This document shows positions 8,982 to 17,738 of a DNA stretch of 45,783 nucleotides, in pieces (the stretch's first letter is position 1; every line of letters starts with the position of its first letter). A program made the position numbers and the translations under genes. This DNA is from Minisyncoccia bacterium (lineage in GTDB: Bacteria; Patescibacteriota; Minisyncoccia; Phycocordibacterales; Zambryskibacteraceae), in contig JBBQUO010000002.1 in the NCBI GenBank assembly GCA_038212375.1, positions 1 through 45,783 on the forward strand, written 5' to 3'. The notes under the pieces were generated by a model. It ran no database searches, was not told the DNA's origin, and saw nothing but the letters and a program-made list of their open reading frames with translations.

Positions 8982-10439
8982 ATGAACATACCTCAGCCAC
9001 AAAAAGGAGCACTTCTGGTACAAGTAATTGTATTTTCAACGATTGCTATTGTGCTCATAGAAGGACTTCTCGGATGGGCAGGGGTAAATATAAAATCCTC
9101 ACGAAACGAAATATATCGAGAACAAGCCATCGAGCTTGCAGAGTCTGGGATTGATTATTATCGTTGGCACCTCGCTCACGCGTCAAGTGACTTCCAAGAT
9201 GGTACAGGAATAGCAGGCCCCTATGTCCACCAAGTAAAAGATAAAGACGGAAATGTAATCGGATCATTTTCTCTTGCTATCACAGCGCCGACAGTGGGCT
9301 CAACAAAAGTGCACTTCGAATCTTCCGGAACACCTGTCGGATCAGCAAGTACTACTCGAACCATCGCTGTCGATATGGCTATTCCTTCACTTGCGAAGTT
9401 CGCGGTGGTGGCAAACGATAATATGCGTTTCGGACAGGGTACAGAAGTGTTCGGTCCTATCCATTCAAATGGAGGCGTTCGTTTTGATGGGCTTGCACAC
9501 AACCTTGTTACAAGTGCACAAACAAGCTACGACGACCCAGACCACAGCGGAGGGGTTGAGTTTGGTGTACATACTCACCTTCAAGCAAATGGAACGGTGA
9601 ACGATAACTTCCAGTCTGCAGAAGCTCCTCCTTCTGCAGTGCCGACGCGCGCAGACGTGTTTCTCGCAGGAAGAAAGTTTCCTGTGCCTGCAGAAGACTT
9701 TGTGGGGATTGCCACAGATCTTGCTACGATCAAGTCTTCGGCCCAATCATCCGGAAGATACTTTGCTCCATCAGGGGTTCAAGGGTACCAAATAATTTTA
9801 AAGTCTGATGATACCTTTGATGTGTACAAAGTAACTGCACAAGTTACTCCAGGAAGTTCTTGTACCGATCCTGGTCAGACAGGTTGGGGAGTGTGGAGTA
9901 TTAAAACAAAGACATTTATTGCAAACTACGCAATACCAGCAAATGGACTAATCTTCTTCGAAGATAATGTGTGGGTCGAGGGTACAATTAATTCTGCCCG
10001 TCTCACAATCGCATCAGGAAAATTCCCTGATAATGCTGCTACGCGCACAAATATCATTGTGAACAACGACCTCAACTATACAAATTTTGATGGGACAGAT
10101 TCTATCGGTCTTATCGCCCAAAATAATATTACTGTGGGAATGGTAAGTGACACAAATCTTGTAATAGATGCAGCGCTGATTGCGCAGAATGGAAAAGTGG
10201 GACGATTCTATTACACTGCGGGAGGGGGAACCAGCTGTTCTCCGTATGATACAAGAAGTTCAGTTACACTCTACGGCATGATCGCAACCAACATACGATA
10301 TGGTTTTGCATATACCGACGGAACTGGATATACCACTAGAAACATTAACTATGATGCTAATCTCCTTTACTCCCCACCACCATCTTTTCCTCTTTCTGGA
10401 AACCAATATCAAATTCTTTCTTGGGAAGAGAAGAAGTAA
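8982..10439 (+). CDS. Pilus-associated protein with PilX-like hydrophobic N-terminus (485 aa)
   Basis: N-terminus MNIPQPQKGALLVQVIVFSTIAIVLIEGLLG has no canonical Glu at +5. Starts 1 nt after the previous stop. C-terminal part looks like repetitive beta structure. Confidence 0.55.
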   Translation: MNIPQPQKGALLVQVIVFSTIAIVLIEGLLGWAGVNIKSSRNEIYREQAIELAESGIDYYRWHLAHASSDFQDGTGIAGPYVHQVKDKDGNVIGSFSLAITAPTVGSTKVHFESSGTPVGSASTTRTIAVDMAIPSLAKFAVVANDNMRFGQGTEVFGPIHSNGGVRFDGLAHNLVTSAQTSYDDPDHSGGVEFGVHTHLQANGTVNDNFQSAEAPPSAVPTRADVFLAGRKFPVPAEDFVGIATDLATIKSSAQSSGRYFAPSGVQGYQIILKSDDTFDVYKVTAQVTPGSSCTDPGQTGWGVWSIKTKTFIANYAIPANGLIFFEDNVWVEGTINSARLTIASGKFPDNAATRTNIIVNNDLNYTNFDGTDSIGLIAQNNITVGMVSDTNLVIDAALIAQNGKVGRFYYTAGGGTSCSPYDTRSSVTLYGMIATNIRYGFAYTDGTGYTTRNINYDANLLYSPPPSFPLSGNQYQILSWEEKK

Positions 10440-10462
10440 CTTCTGGGTGCTATAATAGATAC

Positions 10463-11227
10463 ATGTCAAAATATATTGTCATCGGGAACTGGAAATTAAA
10501 TCCCGTTTCACCCATTGAAGCAAAAAAATTGTACGCAGGAGTCTTGAAGGTTGCGCAGAAGATGCGCCAGACTGACGTTGTGGTGGTACCTTCTTTTATT
10601 CATATTCCACTGCTTGCTATGAAAAGTAAAAAGCTTTCTCTCGGTGCACAAAATGCATTTGATCAAGACAGTGGCGCATATACGGGCGAAGTCAGTGCGC
10701 TCCAAATCAAAAACGCTGGAGTTACCCATGTCATTGTTGGTCATTCAGAACGTAGGGCGATGGGCGAGACGAGTAATATGGTAAATAATAAAGTTGTTGC
10801 AGTGTTGAAAGCCCGCATGACGCCTATTATCTGTATTGGAGAAGAAGTGCACGACAATCATGGCAACTATCTCGCATTTCTTGAAAACGAAATAAAAATA
10901 GCACTTCGTGGAGTTACCTCAAAAGATCTTTCAAACGTCATTATTGCCTATGAACCTATCTGGGCGATAGGGAAAAATGCAAAAGAAGCGATGAACCCAA
11001 ACACACTTCACGAGACCGTTCTCTATATCCAAAAAGTCCTCGCAGATATATATGGACGCGCTATGGTCAAAAAAGTCCGTATTCTCTACGGTGGATCTGT
11101 TAATCCTGATAATATCGGAGATCTCGTTCAGTTTGGTGCCGTGCAAGGATTTCTTGTGGGCGGTGCGAGCCTATCTGCTGACACGTTTGGAAAACTACTA
11201 ACCATTATTGATACGTATCGTTCATAG
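10463..11227 (+). CDS. tpiA: Triosephosphate isomerase
   Basis: IGNWKLN, VGHSERR, YEPIWAIG and YGGSV motifs. ATG 10463 preferred over the longer track ORF start at 10421. Confidence 0.9.
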   Translation: MSKYIVIGNWKLNPVSPIEAKKLYAGVLKVAQKMRQTDVVVVPSFIHIPLLAMKSKKLSLGAQNAFDQDSGAYTGEVSALQIKNAGVTHVIVGHSERRAMGETSNMVNNKVVAVLKARMTPIICIGEEVHDNHGNYLAFLENEIKIALRGVTSKDLSNVIIAYEPIWAIGKNAKEAMNPNTLHETVLYIQKVLADIYGRAMVKKVRILYGGSVNPDNIGDLVQFGAVQGFLVGGASLSADTFGKLLTIIDTYRS

Positions 11228-11228
11228 T

Positions 11229-12356
11229 ATGAAAACTCTCACTGACCTTCCAGAAATTAAAGATAAAATCGTGTTTGTTCGATGTGATTTTAATGTGCCA
11301 ATTGTAGATAAAAAAGTCGGAGATAGTTTCCGTATCGAAAAGGCCATGTGTACTATTAATTTACTCAGGGAGAAGGGTGCAAAGCTCATCCTCGCCAGTC
11401 ATATTGAAAGCGAAGAAGGGACTCTGCGTCCAGTACTTGAATATCTCAGATCGCATTATCCTTCCCTCCCGATTACCTTTGTTGAAGACTACTTTCCCGA
11501 TGGTTTTGATGAGGTAGCAGCAGCACTTGAGCAGGGGAATATTGTCCTTCTCGAAAATCTACGTAAATATCCTGAAGAAAAAGAAAACGATCAGGTATTT
11601 GCGATGCATCTTGCACATTTCTCGCACTTTTTTGTAAACGAAGCATTTCCTGCTGCTCATCGCGCTCACGCATCGGTTGTCGGTATACCAAAGTTTGTTC
11701 CAAGTTTTGCGGGATTAGTCTTTGAAGAAGAGGTTACGACTCTTATGAGAACGTTCAGTGCTCCGCACCCTTTCGTATTCATTCTCGGTGGGGCAAAATT
11801 TGAAACAAAGCTTCCGCTTGTAGAGAAGTTTGTGAAGAGGGCAGACACGATCTTTGTTGGGGGGGCACTTGCCAATGACTTTTTCAAAGCGCGAGGAATT
11901 GCAGTGGGTTCGTCGCTCCTTTCAAAGGGAGATTTTCATCTCGAACGATTTACGGAAGAGTCACTTCGCATTCCAAGTGATGTAGTAGTAGAGGTAAATG
12001 GTAGCAAAGTTACAAAAGACGTTCATGATCTTTCTCCCGCTGATACCATTTCTGATGTTGGTCCTGAATCTATCGAGGCCCTTCGTGACAGTATCATGCA
12101 GGCAAAGTTTATTTTGTGGAACGGACCACTTGGAAATTATGAAAAAGGTTTTAAGGAGGGGACGCTTTCACTCGCGAAACTCATATCGGAAAGTAGTGCA
12201 GAATCTATTGTTGGAGGAGGGGACACTGTTGCATCTATTGCAGAGCTTAATCTTGCAGAAAAGTTTAGTTTTATTTCTACGGGTGGAGGAGCTATGCTCG
12301 ACTTCTTGGCGAATGAGACATTGCCGGGGATAGATGCTCTACACGCGAGCTTGTAA
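11229..12356 (+). CDS. pgk: Phosphoglycerate kinase
   Basis: VRCDFNVP, NEAFPAAHRAHAS and GGGDT motifs. ATG lies 1 nt after the tpiA stop. Confidence 0.9.
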   Translation: MKTLTDLPEIKDKIVFVRCDFNVPIVDKKVGDSFRIEKAMCTINLLREKGAKLILASHIESEEGTLRPVLEYLRSHYPSLPITFVEDYFPDGFDEVAAALEQGNIVLLENLRKYPEEKENDQVFAMHLAHFSHFFVNEAFPAAHRAHASVVGIPKFVPSFAGLVFEEEVTTLMRTFSAPHPFVFILGGAKFETKLPLVEKFVKRADTIFVGGALANDFFKARGIAVGSSLLSKGDFHLERFTEESLRIPSDVVVEVNGSKVTKDVHDLSPADTISDVGPESIEALRDSIMQAKFILWNGPLGNYEKGFKEGTLSLAKLISESSAESIVGGGDTVASIAELNLAEKFSFISTGGGAMLDFLANETLPGIDALHASL

Positions 12357-12392
12357 GTGGCAGCTCTAGTTTTGAGCTCACAATAACAAAAG

Positions 12393-12430
12393 AAATCGCA
12401 CACAGACCTTATGGTCTGTGTGCGATTTTT
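12393..12430. terminator. Bidirectional-looking hairpin terminator between pgk and the convergent minus-strand genes
   Basis: AAATCGCACACAGACC ttat GGTCTGTGTGCGATTT, a 16-bp perfect stem flanked by A and T runs. Confidence 0.8.
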
Positions 12431-12584
12431 ATACAAGCTCTACTCGTTTTTTGAGCCACATTAGTACTCCAAAAATTGGTATAAGTGTAACCGTGGAAAC
12501 TATCATGTACAGAATTCCAATAGATCCCAATGCAACTGCGACGATGAGGAATCGAACTGGTGAAGCTTCGTTAGCTTTACTCAC
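12429..12584 (-). CDS. Candidate small membrane protein (51 aa, GTG start), below the ORF-track length cutoff
   Basis: Translates to VSKANEASPVRFLIVAVALGSIGILYMIVSTVTLIPIFGVLMWLKKRVELV. GGAGAG lies 5 nt upstream of the GTG. Two hydrophobic helices. The stop abuts the terminator hairpin. Confidence 0.4.
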   Translation of the reverse strand: MSKANEASPVRFLIVAVALGSIGILYMIVSTVTLIPIFGVLMWLKKRVELV

Positions 12585-12612
12585 AGACACTCTCCAGGAA
12601 AAGATTCTTCAT

Positions 12613-13032
12613 TTATACTAGCAAGTTTTTGATTTCTTCTCCAATTTCTTTTATTTGACCTTCGTACTCATAGTGCGTTGTAGGGAATGTTCCATACCCA
12701 TCACTCTTCATTCGAGGTATTACATGGACATGTGCATGAAAGACTACTTGTCCGGCCGCGCTACCATTATTCATATAGATATTAATTCCTTCAGCGTTTA
12801 CCCCTTCCTTTACTGCAACTGAAATCCTTTTTGCTTCCTGAAAAAGTTTTGCTACGAGTTCGTCTGGAAGAGAAAATATATCGGAATAATGCGCTCTTGG
12901 AATCACAAGTGAGTGACCAAAGTTTGCTGGCTGGATATCAACAAAGGAGAGCGTATCTCCAGTTTCCGCAATAATTTCAGCAGGGATCTCTCCTCGCACT
13001 ATTTTACAAAAAATACAGTTTTCTTCTTTCAT
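12613..13032 (-). CDS. HIT-family (histidine triad) nucleotide hydrolase
   Basis: HAHVHVIP histidine-triad motif and N-terminal CIFCKI. Confidence 0.85.
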   Translation of the reverse strand: MKEENCIFCKIVRGEIPAEIIAETGDTLSFVDIQPANFGHSLVIPRAHYSDIFSLPDELVAKLFQEAKRISVAVKEGVNAEGINIYMNNGSAAGQVVFHAHVHVIPRMKSDGYGTFPTTHYEYEGQIKEIGEEIKNLLV

Positions 13033-13058
13033 GTCCCTAGTATAACCCTAATGCTATA

Positions 13059-14783
13059 ATGTTTGCCATGTCCGTAAAATCCTATTCCGTCCGTCCTACT
13101 GTTCCAGAGGAAGCTGCGCTCGAACTTGCCTCGTATCATCCACTTCTACAGAAACTGATGCACGCTCGTGGCATCGCTACCGCACAGGCTGCAAGCAAAT
13201 TTCTCCATCCTGACTACGATCTCGATCTTCATGATCCATTTCTTCTCCTCGGTATGGATATTGCAGTCGCTCGCATTCTGCGTGCTATTGAACAGAATGA
13301 AAAAATTTTGATATACAGTGATTACGACGCTGACGGTATTCCAGGTGGAGTAGTGCTACGAGAATTTTTTGAGAAGATTCAGTACAACAGTGTTGATAAT
13401 TATATCCCACATCGTCATGACGAAGGATACGGACTTCATCTCGAAGCTGTAGAAGGATTTGAAAAGGAGGGGGTCCGTCTCATTATTACTGTAGACTGCG
13501 GAATTGTAGATGTGGCACAAGTAGTGCGCGCTCGTGAACTTGGGATGGACGTTATCATTACCGATCACCACGAACCAGGAAGTGTTCTGCCTCCCGCGAT
13601 CGCGATTATCAATCCAAAGCAGGAAAACTGCACCTACCCTGAAAAAATTCTTTGTGGATCTGGTGTCGTATATAAACTTATCCAGGCGATACTTCAAAAA
13701 AATCGTTTCGATCTTCCTGCTGGAAAAGAAAAATGGTTTCTCGATCTTGTGGGTATGGCGACGCTTTCTGATATGGTACCGCTTGTCGGAGAAAATCGCG
13801 CACTTGCATACTATGGACTGAAAGTATTACAAAAGTCTCCGCGTCCTGGGCTCCAAAGAATGTGGAAGAAGCTCGGGATTCAGCCTTATAATATTACGGA
13901 AGATGATATTGGATTTTCACTTTCTCCACGTATTAATGCTGCGTCTCGTATGGGAAAGCCGCATGATGCATTCAAACTCCTACGAACACATGATCCTGTT
14001 GAGGCAGACGAAGCAACCGAACATTTGAGTAACATAAATGACGAACGTAAAGGTGTTGTGGCATCGCTTGTCAAAGAAATTAAAAAACATCTTCGTGAAC
14101 GTGAGCTTGCCGGACCGCTCCCAAAAGTGCTGGTCGTCGGTGATCCGCTTTGGAAACCTTCTCTTCTTGGGCTCGCCGCCAATAGTGTGCAGGATGATTT
14201 TCCCCATCCTATGTTTTTTTGGGGAAGAAATGGTGAAAATCTCATCAAAGGATCCTGTCGCTCTGAAGGGCAGACGAATCTCATCGCACTTATGGAAGCT
14301 GCAAAAGATGCATTCACACAGTTTGGCGGACACAAAATGGCAGGAGGATTTGCAGTTTCATTTGAAAAAATCCACACACTTGAAGATTCCCTCAATGTTG
14401 CCTATGCATCACTTCCTGATGTCGGGAAAAAAGAAGATATATTTCTTGATGCAGAACTCCAGCTTTCTGATGTGAACTGGAATACGTATCGACATATCGA
14501 ACAGCTCGCTCCATTCGGTGTAGGAAATCCAAAGCCGCTGTTTCTGATTCGTGGTGCAGAAGTGAACGAAGTAAAATTATTCGGAAAAGAGAAAAACCAT
14601 CTCGAAGTTTCATTTGCGGGTGAACGCAAACCAATTAAAGCTATTAGCTTCTTTTCAACACCAGAAAGTTTTGCAGTGGTGCCGGAAGTAGGGAAGAAGC
14701 TGGATATCGTGGTAAGTCTTGAGAAATCTACCTTCAGAAACTTCCCCGAGCTAAGACTCCGAATTGTTGATATTATTACATAA
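13059..14783 (+). CDS. recJ: Single-stranded-DNA-specific exonuclease RecJ
   Basis: DHH-family motifs DYDADG, DCG, TDHH and GGHKMAGG. ATG 13068 is an alternative start. Confidence 0.9.
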   Translation: MFAMSVKSYSVRPTVPEEAALELASYHPLLQKLMHARGIATAQAASKFLHPDYDLDLHDPFLLLGMDIAVARILRAIEQNEKILIYSDYDADGIPGGVVLREFFEKIQYNSVDNYIPHRHDEGYGLHLEAVEGFEKEGVRLIITVDCGIVDVAQVVRARELGMDVIITDHHEPGSVLPPAIAIINPKQENCTYPEKILCGSGVVYKLIQAILQKNRFDLPAGKEKWFLDLVGMATLSDMVPLVGENRALAYYGLKVLQKSPRPGLQRMWKKLGIQPYNITEDDIGFSLSPRINAASRMGKPHDAFKLLRTHDPVEADEATEHLSNINDERKGVVASLVKEIKKHLRERELAGPLPKVLVVGDPLWKPSLLGLAANSVQDDFPHPMFFWGRNGENLIKGSCRSEGQTNLIALMEAAKDAFTQFGGHKMAGGFAVSFEKIHTLEDSLNVAYASLPDVGKKEDIFLDAELQLSDVNWNTYRHIEQLAPFGVGNPKPLFLIRGAEVNEVKLFGKEKNHLEVSFAGERKPIKAISFFSTPESFAVVPEVGKKLDIVVSLEKSTFRNFPELRLRIVDIIT

Positions 14784-15538
14784 TGAAAGCTGAAAATACT
14801 ATTTTTACTGACGGGTCGTCTCGAGGGAACCCAGGTCCTGGTGGCTGGGGTGCGATTATCGTTTTTTCTGATGAAAAAACGATAATGAATAATGAATATC
14901 GAATGACGAATAATTCAGTCCAGGAAATCGGAGGGATGGTATCTCACACTACTAATAATAGAATGGAATTAACTGCAGTTATTGAAGCGCTAACCTTTGC
15001 ATCAAAAATTGCCATTCCTCATTCGTTATTCATTATTCATTTGGATTCCAGCTATGTCATGAACGGTGCAACAAAGTGGATCTACGGTTGGCAGAAGAAC
15101 AACTGGAAGACCAGTACAAAGGCAGATGTACTCAATGTAGATTTGTGGCAGAAGCTTGCCCGAGTGCTCCCACTCCTTACGATCGAATGGAAACTCGTAA
15201 AGGGTCACTCGGGAGTACCAGCAAACGAACGTTGCGACGCTATAGCAACAAGTTTTGCAGATGGCGACAAACCTCACCTGTACAGCGGAAATCTTGATTC
15301 CTATGAAATTGATTTACACATTCCAGTATCAAAAGCTCAGGGTTCTAAACTAAAACCTAAAAGCTCTCGAGCTCCTGCATATTCATATGTAAGTCAGGTA
15401 GATGGCGTTATACAAACTCATGGTACATGGGCAGAGTGTGAGCAGAGAGTAAAAGGAGTAAAGAAAACCAAATTTAAAAAATCTATCTCTTCAGCAGACG
15501 AGAAATTTATTATTGATTCATGGAAGACTTCTCACTAA
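14783..15538 (+). CDS. rnhA: RNase HI with an internal insertion and a C-terminal hybrid-binding (Cauli_VI-like) domain
   Basis: TDGSSRGNPGPGGWG, TTNNRMEL, DSSYV and KGHSGVPANERCD match RNase HI. C-terminal YSYVSQVDGVIQTHGTWAECEQRVKGVKKTKFKK matches the RNase H1 HBD pattern. TAATG overlap with recJ. Confidence 0.85.
   Translation: MKAENTIFTDGSSRGNPGPGGWGAIIVFSDEKTIMNNEYRMTNNSVQEIGGMVSHTTNNRMELTAVIEALTFASKIAIPHSLFIIHLDSSYVMNGATKWIYGWQKNNWKTSTKADVLNVDLWQKLARVLPLLTIEWKLVKGHSGVPANERCDAIATSFADGDKPHLYSGNLDSYEIDLHIPVSKAQGSKLKPKSSRAPAYSYVSQVDGVIQTHGTWAECEQRVKGVKKTKFKKSISSADEKFIIDSWKTSH
14884..15041. repeat. 28-nt inverted repeat (26/28 complementary) with a 102-nt spacer inside rnhA; each arm is four in-phase heptads
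   Basis: Left arm aatGAATaatGAATatcGAATgacGAAT (14884-14911). Right arm ATTCctcATTCgttATTCattATTCatt (15014-15041). Mismatches at 14899/15026 and 14907/15018. Confidence 0.9.
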
Positions 15539-17019
15539 AACACTATGGAATATTTGTGGGTGTGGCAGGATTTCTTGTTGGAGTAGCTTTCGCATCATTA
15601 GGATTATTATGGACCGCTTCTGCGGTTTTTTTGTTATTTCTCAGTGTAATCTTTGCTCTGTATATCCACTTTTTCACGTATGAGAATTCCACACCGAAAA
15701 CATATACCCTCATAATCTTTTTCTGTGTGTTTTCTGCGTTAGGGATTATTCGATTTACGTTTTCAACCCTTCCTCTTGATCCAGATCTTGTACATAGACT
15801 TGGAAGCAAAACAGAAATTATGGGAGAGGTTGTAGAAGAGCCAAGAGTGGGGGAGACGTATCGACAATATATTCTGAAAACTCATTCGGGGATCAAGATA
15901 CTTGTAAGAGCCAATCTCTACCCAGCATTTTCCTATGGCGACATTCTTTCTGGTTATGGAAAGCTTGAACAAGTAAAAGCTTTTGAAACTCCACAAGGAG
16001 TCACGTTTGATTATCCCGCATATCTCGATAAGGAGGGTATTTCGTATGTACTTTCATTTGCAACTACAAAGAAAGTCGGCGTAGAGTCTCATATAGTACA
16101 GACAGCTCTTTTTGGAATTAAAAACTATTTTGACTCTGCGTTTGAAAAAGTAATTCCGTATCCTCAGTCGGGACTTCTTGCAGGAATACTTCTGGGTGTG
16201 ACTGACGGAATGGGAAAAGATATGCTCGCGACGTTTCGTATGGTCGGCATTATTCATATCGTTGTGCTATCAGGGTACAACATTACGATCGTCGCAGAGT
16301 CCATTCGCAAGTCTTTATCTTTTCTTTCTCTCCGCAAAGGGCTCATTGCAGGGACGATCGGAATCATCATATTTTCAACAATGGTAGGATGGACTCCGTC
16401 AGTGCTCAGGGCTTCTATTATGGCTATCCTTGCGATCGTCGCTCGCGCATCGCGGAGAAAATATGATGTAGGTCGGGCGCTCGCTCTCGCAGCATTTTTC
16501 ATGGTTCTCTGGAATCCAAAACTCCTGCTCTATGATCTTGGATTTCAACTTTCGTTCCTTGCCACAATCGCGCTTATTTGGATTTCCCCTAAGGTGCTCA
16601 AAAAACTTAACAAAATTCCAGAGAAATTTGGACTGAGAGAACTGGTCGCGACCACGATCTCGGTGCAGCTGTTTGTATTACCTCTTCTCGTCTATACGAG
16701 CGGATTTATTTCGCTCGGAGGATTTATCGTCAATATCCTTGTGTTGCCGCTCGTCCCTACGATCATGATGCTCGGGTTTGTTACAGGGATTCTCGCACTC
16801 GGCAGTACTTCTCTCGGGTTTATCCCAGGGGTTATTACCTACGCACTTTTGTATTACATACTCTGGATTTCACAAATATTCTCTAAACTCCCTGGCAGTG
16901 TTATTTCTATCAATGGTGTATCTGTGTATTTCCCAGTGTTTTGTTATACGGCATTTGGATTTATCGCATTGTATATACAAAGAAAGAACTTACCTCAAAA
17001 GAAACAAGTCCCAGCTTAG
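15520..17019 (+). CDS. comEC: ComEC/Rec2 DNA-uptake channel protein (membrane competence domain only)
   Basis: Polytopic membrane protein with an N-terminal OB-like soluble insert and a Competence-domain-like core. No MBL domain in this ORF. Start overlaps the rnhA 3' end; GTG 15556 is an alternative. Confidence 0.8.
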   Translation: MEDFSLKHYGIFVGVAGFLVGVAFASLGLLWTASAVFLLFLSVIFALYIHFFTYENSTPKTYTLIIFFCVFSALGIIRFTFSTLPLDPDLVHRLGSKTEIMGEVVEEPRVGETYRQYILKTHSGIKILVRANLYPAFSYGDILSGYGKLEQVKAFETPQGVTFDYPAYLDKEGISYVLSFATTKKVGVESHIVQTALFGIKNYFDSAFEKVIPYPQSGLLAGILLGVTDGMGKDMLATFRMVGIIHIVVLSGYNITIVAESIRKSLSFLSLRKGLIAGTIGIIIFSTMVGWTPSVLRASIMAILAIVARASRRKYDVGRALALAAFFMVLWNPKLLLYDLGFQLSFLATIALIWISPKVLKKLNKIPEKFGLRELVATTISVQLFVLPLLVYTSGFISLGGFIVNILVLPLVPTIMMLGFVTGILALGSTSLGFIPGVITYALLYYILWISQIFSKLPGSVISINGVSVYFPVFCYTAFGFIALYIQRKNLPQKKQVPA

Positions 17020-17034
17020 TTTTTCTAACAAATT

Positions 17035-17628
17035 TTATTGAGCGTTCTTAAAATTCTCTTCGATGACTTCCCAGTTAAGGTTTGCGAGGAATGCTTCCAC
17101 ATATTTCTTCTTTTCTGAAGTAGGGTAGTCATAGACGAATGCATGTTCCCACATGTCGATACCCATGATCCATGTGAGACCGTTGAGCTGACCGAGATGC
17201 TGCTCGTCTACCCAGGCATAGACCAGTTGGTCAGTTTGTTTGTCGTAGTAGACTACTGCCCAGCCTATGCCGCGGGTTTGTGTAAGTAATTTGAAACCTT
17301 CAATCCAGTCCTTAAATGGAGCATCTTTTTCAATTACTTTCATGAGGGGAGAATTTTCTGGAAGAGGTTTTGGTCCACCGACGAGTGATGCAAAATAATG
17401 CTCGTGGTTGCGCATGCCATTAAACTCAAAACTAAATCGTCTGTGGAGTTCATTTGCAAGGTATAGATTTTTTTCTGGATCCTCGTGCATAAGCTCTGTA
17501 ATCTTGTCCATAATCATATTGGTATTTTTTACGTACCCTGAGTACAGCTTCAGATGTTCCGCGATATTTTTCGCTGATATGCCTTGTAATTCTGGAATAG
17601 CAAATATGTGTTCTTCAAATTTTTTCAT
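17035..17628 (-). CDS. Fe/Mn-family superoxide dismutase
   Basis: C-terminal GIDMWEHAFVYDY, NHEHYF and the N-terminal His/Tyr pattern. ATG 17628 preferred because the GTG 17706 extension would run into a terminator hairpin. Confidence 0.8.
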   Translation of the reverse strand: MKKFEEHIFAIPELQGISAKNIAEHLKLYSGYVKNTNMIMDKITELMHEDPEKNLYLANELHRRFSFEFNGMRNHEHYFASLVGGPKPLPENSPLMKVIEKDAPFKDWIEGFKLLTQTRGIGWAVVYYDKQTDQLVYAWVDEQHLGQLNGLTWIMGIDMWEHAFVYDYPTSEKKKYVEAFLANLNWEVIEENFKNAQ

Positions 17629-17705
17629 AGGGTGTAGTAAGGTTGTATCTTTATTATTGCTATTAATACGAGCTTTCAGTATACGGGCTAGACGTAAAAA
17701 TTTCA

Positions 17706-17733
17706 CCCCACCCTCTCAAAAGAGATGGTGGGG
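17706..17733 (-). terminator. Hairpin terminator (minus strand) after the 43-aa ORF
   Basis: CCCCACCCTCTC aaaa GAGATGGTGGGG, 11 of 12 positions paired. On the minus strand it is followed by tgaaattttta. Confidence 0.6.
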
Positions 17734-17738
17734 TGTGT

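Noticed and set aside
12418-12621. 67-aa plus-strand ORF in the pgk-HIT gap
   Set aside because: It starts inside the pgk terminator and has no RBS. The opposite strand carries a much more protein-like small membrane ORF.
13886-14395. 169-aa and other ORFs antisense or out of frame within recJ, fusA, tuf, secY and similar genes
   Set aside because: All lie inside strongly supported conserved genes and show no independent signals.
14884-15041. Reading the rnhA inverted repeat as a MITE or IS insertion
   Set aside because: The span (158 nt including both arms) is not a multiple of 3, yet the frame stays open. The loop encodes the conserved TTNNRMEL core, and the right arm encodes a core beta-strand. 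The gene is therefore not interrupted by a mobile element.
17629-17706. Longer SOD start (GTG 17706) given in the ORF track
   Set aside because: The extension begins inside a terminator hairpin and adds a non-conserved basic peptide. ATG 17628 gives a protein of normal SOD length.
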